Virus record (IMG/VR): IMGVR_UViG_3300009168_000012
Span: 1-59,401 of that record
Reading direction: 5' to 3' (one strand)
Length of the DNA stretch: 59,401 bases
From: a virus
Taxonomy: Duplodnaviria; Caudoviricetes
Numbering within the stretch: the stretch's first letter is position 1; every line of letters starts with the position of its first letter. Positions 56,166-59,401 of the stretch are shown here, in pieces. A model generated the notes under the pieces. It had not been told where the DNA came from, made no database searches, and saw nothing but the letters and a program-made list of their open reading frames with translations. A program made the translations under genes and the position numbers.

Positions 56166-56512
56166 ATAAGCAGGAAGAACTTGATGAGGTGGCAAAGAAA
56201 GTTGTTGATATTGCAGCAGAAGCAGGAATCACTTTTGTTGGATTCATGGTGCATGTGGAGAAGCAGGAGGTGGAAGTTTCACCTGAATTGCAAGTCTCTG
56301 AAGAAGGAAACATTCTTAAAGGTTCAGCAATCATGAAGACAAGTGGAAACATGATAAGATACCGTCAAAAGGGTGATATGTCTGTTTTGGTGAGCACTGT
56401 TGATTCACTGATTGTTCATATGGAACATGAGGTGAATTTGCTTAAAGAAATGAGGGATGAAATTAATGCTGAATATGAAGTCACCTGTTTGCCGATTCAA
56501 AAACCAAATTAA
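56162..56512 (+). CDS. Hypothetical protein
   Basis: 116-aa ORF followed by terminator at about 56534-56567. Confidence 0.7.
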   Translation: MNKQEELDEVAKKVVDIAAEAGITFVGFMVHVEKQEVEVSPELQVSEEGNILKGSAIMKTSGNMIRYRQKGDMSVLVSTVDSLIVHMEHEVNLLKEMRDEINAEYEVTCLPIQKPN

Positions 56513-56652
56513 TTTGTTTCATGGTTTTTTGTTAAGTGGTGACATTTTTATGTTGCCACTTTTTTTTGCAACATATGCTGCAAAAATAAATCTTGAAAAA
56601 AGTGTTGCAATATCAAATCAGCACATATCTTTGTGCAACAAAACAAAAAGAA

Positions 56653-56898
56653 ATGAAAAGTTACCTTGATTATTGCCTTACAAATGGTTTAAATTCAGAC
56701 TTGTCTTCATCACTGGAAGCATTCAAAAAGCAAAAGACAAAAAAAAGCACACTGAATGATTTTTATTTCACTGTTGCTGTCTGGACAAAATATGGTGACC
56801 TTAAAACAAGAAGAGTGATTGTTAAGGCAAAAGATGAAAGTCAAGCAGATGATAAAATAAATAAACGCTATCCAAATGCATATGACATATCAAAATAA
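56653..56898 (+). CDS. Hypothetical early protein
   Basis: ATG after TTG...TATCTTTG promoter at about 56605-56633. Confidence 0.7.
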   Translation: MKSYLDYCLTNGLNSDLSSSLEAFKKQKTKKSTLNDFYFTVAVWTKYGDLKTRRVIVKAKDESQADDKINKRYPNAYDISK

Positions 56899-56900
56899 AA

Positions 56901-56943
56901 TGTCAAAAAAGATTTGGTCATTAATTTAATGACCTTATCTTTG
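56901..56943 (+). promoter_or_regulatory. Early promoter P9
   Basis: TGTCAAAAAAGATTTGGTCA...TATCTTTG then TGTCTCACA. Confidence 0.85.
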
Positions 56944-56962
56944 TGTCTCACAACTGAAAAAC

Positions 56963-57127
56963 ATGAAAACAGCAGAACTTCTCAAACTTGCATCAATGAA
57001 AGGAATTGCAATTGCAAAAGATAAACCGGGAACTTACCAATATTCATACAATGGTTATGAGTGGACATTTGTGAAATGTTCATGGTCTGAATTTGTAAAA
57101 CTTATTCAATCACTGGAATCACTTTAA
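56963..57127 (+). CDS. Hypothetical early protein (54 aa)
   Basis: MKTAELLKLASMKG..., first ORF after P9. Confidence 0.65.
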   Translation: MKTAELLKLASMKGIAIAKDKPGTYQYSYNGYEWTFVKCSWSEFVKLIQSLESL

Positions 57128-57149
57128 TCAACCAATAAAAATTCTCACA

Positions 57150-57929
57150 ATGGAAAGGACAATTAAAAATTACACTGAAGAGCAGATTTCAGAAGTTGAA
57201 TCATTTCTGGAAGAAGGTGTCATCATGGACACAAACAGGATATGTGAATTTTATTTAACCTTGGGACAGTCTGACAACAGCAAAGATGTAAGGTTTGTTT
57301 TATATCGTTTTAACCTGAAGTGTGCATCAGCATATGTTGACCCATTCAGATTTTGTTGCATCCTTGCAGATGATTTGATGGAAGCAGCAATCAAAGCAAG
57401 AAGGATTGCAGGGAAGAATGTTGTGATTGTTGATTTTGATTCACAAAGGTTGAAGAAGGAAAAGTCAAAACCCAATTACCTTCCATTTGGAAAATATGAA
57501 GGTCAAAGTATCAATGATGTGATGGAAGTCAATCCTTCTTATGTGTTGTGGTTGTCCAATAATTACAATGGAAAGAACAAGGGACTGATTGAAAGGTTGT
57601 CTGAAATTCGCCAAGAAGCAGCAGCAAAGGTGACTGAAATAAATCGTGAAAAAGGTTCTTCTTATATCGGTGAAGTTGGCCAAAAAGTAAAAGTGGAAGG
57701 TGAAGTCATTTCCATTGCAACAACAGGGAATTATTACAGTGATGAGGTTATCCATAAAATCAGGGTAAAGGATGACAATGGGAACACTGTCACAAGAAGT
57801 GGAAAGTTGCCTGATGGAATTGAGAAGGGTGCAAGGATTACCATTGAAGGGACAGTGAAGAACCATTCAGAATATCTTGGTGTGAAATATACCTTTTTGG
57901 GTGGCAGGTGTAAAATCACACCTGCATAA
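57150..57929 (+). CDS. DUF3820-like domain plus C-terminal OB-fold protein
   Basis: LPFGKYEG..PSYVLWL; YIGEVGQKV..ITIEGTVKNHSEYLGVKYT. Confidence 0.7.
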   Translation: MERTIKNYTEEQISEVESFLEEGVIMDTNRICEFYLTLGQSDNSKDVRFVLYRFNLKCASAYVDPFRFCCILADDLMEAAIKARRIAGKNVVIVDFDSQRLKKEKSKPNYLPFGKYEGQSINDVMEVNPSYVLWLSNNYNGKNKGLIERLSEIRQEAAAKVTEINREKGSSYIGEVGQKVKVEGEVISIATTGNYYSDEVIHKIRVKDDNGNTVTRSGKLPDGIEKGARITIEGTVKNHSEYLGVKYTFLGGRCKITPA

Positions 57930-57930
57930 G

Positions 57931-57955
57931 AACCGGAACCTTCCGGTTTTTTTTA
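57931..57955 (+). terminator. Terminator; near-identical copy at 58261-58284
   Basis: AACCGGAA/TTCCGGTT plus T run. Confidence 0.75.
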
Positions 57956-58034
57956 TTTTAAAAAAATATTGATTAAAGTATTGCGGAATCAAAAAACCTT
58001 TTATCTTTGAATCTCAAATTTAAAAATTCTCACA

Positions 58035-58262
58035 ATGGAAACCTCAATCAATTACACTGGACAGAAATTTTCACTGACTGCATGGGACAATAAGCAATAT
58101 TTGGTGACAATCGTTAAGCAAAACAAGAAAGCAGTTTTTTTCACTGCACCAAAAAGGGAAGATGGGAGTTTGGTTTATTCAGGTGCAAAGGAAGTCAAGC
58201 AAATGAATATTGAATCATTCCTTATCTGCTTAAAAGATGGACATTTCAAACCAATTGATTAA
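58035..58262 (+). CDS. Hypothetical early protein
   Basis: TTG...TATCTTTG promoter and AAAAATTCTCACA leader. Confidence 0.75.
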   Translation: METSINYTGQKFSLTAWDNKQYLVTIVKQNKKAVFFTAPKREDGSLVYSGAKEVKQMNIESFLICLKDGHFKPID

Positions 58263-58334
58263 CCGGAAACTTTCCGGTTTTTTTATATTGAAAAAAGTAT
58301 TTCATTTCAAAAAATATCTTATTACTTTTAAATT

Positions 58335-58523
58335 ATGGCAAAAATCAAGAAATCAACTCATGGAGGTGCAAGGGAAGGAGCAGGAAGGAAAGCAGTTGAA
58401 TTTCCACTTGTGTCAAAATCCTTCAGGGTTGATGAATATGCATACAACCAAGCAAAGGAGAAGCATGGAAGAACCCTGAACCAAAAAATAAATGACCTTA
58501 TTAAAAAACTGGCAGTTAAATAA
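58335..58523 (+). CDS. Small DNA-binding protein (GGAREGAGRK plus RHH-like)
   Basis: HGGAREGAGRK..SKSFRVDE. Confidence 0.7.
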   Translation: MAKIKKSTHGGAREGAGRKAVEFPLVSKSFRVDEYAYNQAKEKHGRTLNQKINDLIKKLAVK

Positions 58524-58537
58524 TAAGTAACTCTTAA

Positions 58538-58960
58538 ATGAAAAGAAGGTCAATCTTAAATATTGAATCACTTGAAAAGCTGAAGGAAGGTGGTTATATT
58601 AAGGACTTCTTCATAAATCCTGAAAAGCTGGAAAGGAAAAAGAACAAGAGCAAATTCAGCAATATCAAGGTCATTGTTGATGGAAAAAGATTTGACAGCA
58701 AGAAGGAAGCAAGAAGATATGTGGAACTTCTTGTCATGGAGAAGAATGGCAAGATTCATGATTTGAGGTTGCAAGTTCCTTATGTGCTTGTGGAAAGGAA
58801 TGAGACTGAACGTGAATGTATATACAAGGCAGACTTCCAATACAGGAACCGGAAGGATGAATTGGTTGTGGAAGATACAAAAGGTTTTAAGACGCAACTG
58901 TATGTGCTGAAAAGGAAGTTGATGCTGGAAAAATTTGGAATAAAAATAATTGAAATTTAA
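58538..58960 (+). CDS. DUF1064-family PD-(D/E)XK nuclease
   Basis: FDSKKEARRY, LQVPY, YKADF, VEDTKG, LKRKLM. Confidence 0.9.
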   Translation: MKRRSILNIESLEKLKEGGYIKDFFINPEKLERKKNKSKFSNIKVIVDGKRFDSKKEARRYVELLVMEKNGKIHDLRLQVPYVLVERNETERECIYKADFQYRNRKDELVVEDTKGFKTQLYVLKRKLMLEKFGIKIIEI

Positions 58961-58963
58961 AGT

Positions 58964-59299
58964 ATGAGCACAAGAATAAATCAAAATCAGTTCATTGAAA
59001 TTTTTGGTGAAGAGTTTCATGAGACAATGAAGAACTTCATTTCAGAACAGGCAATCAAATACATTGTGGAAGAGGGTGTTGAACCACATGAAGAGATAAT
59101 TGGCACCATTGGCACCAAGAATGTTCCAATGTTGGATGGTGCAACCACAAACCTGATGGTGAATTATTCTGCTGAATTGTATCATGGATTGCTTGCCGCA
59201 AAGATAACTGATGCAATCATTTTTGATGAACTTGATGATGAAGTCCTTGATGCTGCAAATGAGGTGAGGAATATCTTAAAATTAAATGAGAAGAAATGA
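58964..59299 (+). CDS. Acidic hypothetical protein
   Basis: 111-aa ORF running into terminal repeat. Confidence 0.7.
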   Translation: MSTRINQNQFIEIFGEEFHETMKNFISEQAIKYIVEEGVEPHEEIIGTIGTKNVPMLDGATTNLMVNYSAELYHGLLAAKITDAIIFDELDDEVLDAANEVRNILKLNEKK

Positions 59300-59401
59300 A
59301 CAGGGATAATTTTTTTTCAATCATTGCTGCTTTTGTCCTGTTCCTTGTGTTCCTGATATTTGGCGCAATCTTAATTTTTGCAGCATGATAATGTATGTGA
59401 T
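59279..59401. repeat. Terminal direct repeat (copy 2)
   Basis: Identical to 1-123. Confidence 0.97.

Noticed and set aside
1-59278. Stop-codon reassignment
   Set aside because: TAG is scarce, but genes are intact and densely packed under the standard code; no suppressor tRNA

Overview
This is a complete, circularly assembled tailed-phage genome. Bases 1-123 are repeated exactly at 59279-59401, so the unit length is 59,278 bp. A Bacteroidota host is inferred from TTTG...TAnnTTTG promoters, A-rich SD-less leaders and host-like carbohydrate proteins. Modules: small early/accessory genes (about 56.6 kb through the junction to 9.9 kb); terminase; tail chaperone, tape measure and tail-tip genes; glycosyltransferase-portal-MuF-methyltransferase; an inverted accessory island; scaffold, capsid, neck and tail tube; a beta-propeller/pectate lyase/collagen/beta-helix fibre region; AAA-RecT-MBL recombination; initiator-DnaB replication. 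I recognised no integrase, DNA polymerase or endolysin. The best candidate for an undescribed system is non-coding. An ~85-nt promoter-hairpin-terminator unit at the early/late boundary (9935-10032) displays UGUGAGAA in its loop, the exact complement of a TTCTCACA-type motif just upstream of the ATG of 15 early/accessory genes. Many of those genes sit behind nine copies of a promoter with an overlapping palindromic operator. Also found: a parS-like palindrome with no phage parB, two other structured RNA candidates, a -1 frameshift site and genome-wide avoidance of GATC/CCWGG/CTAG. All protein calls come from motif recognition by eye; no database search was run.
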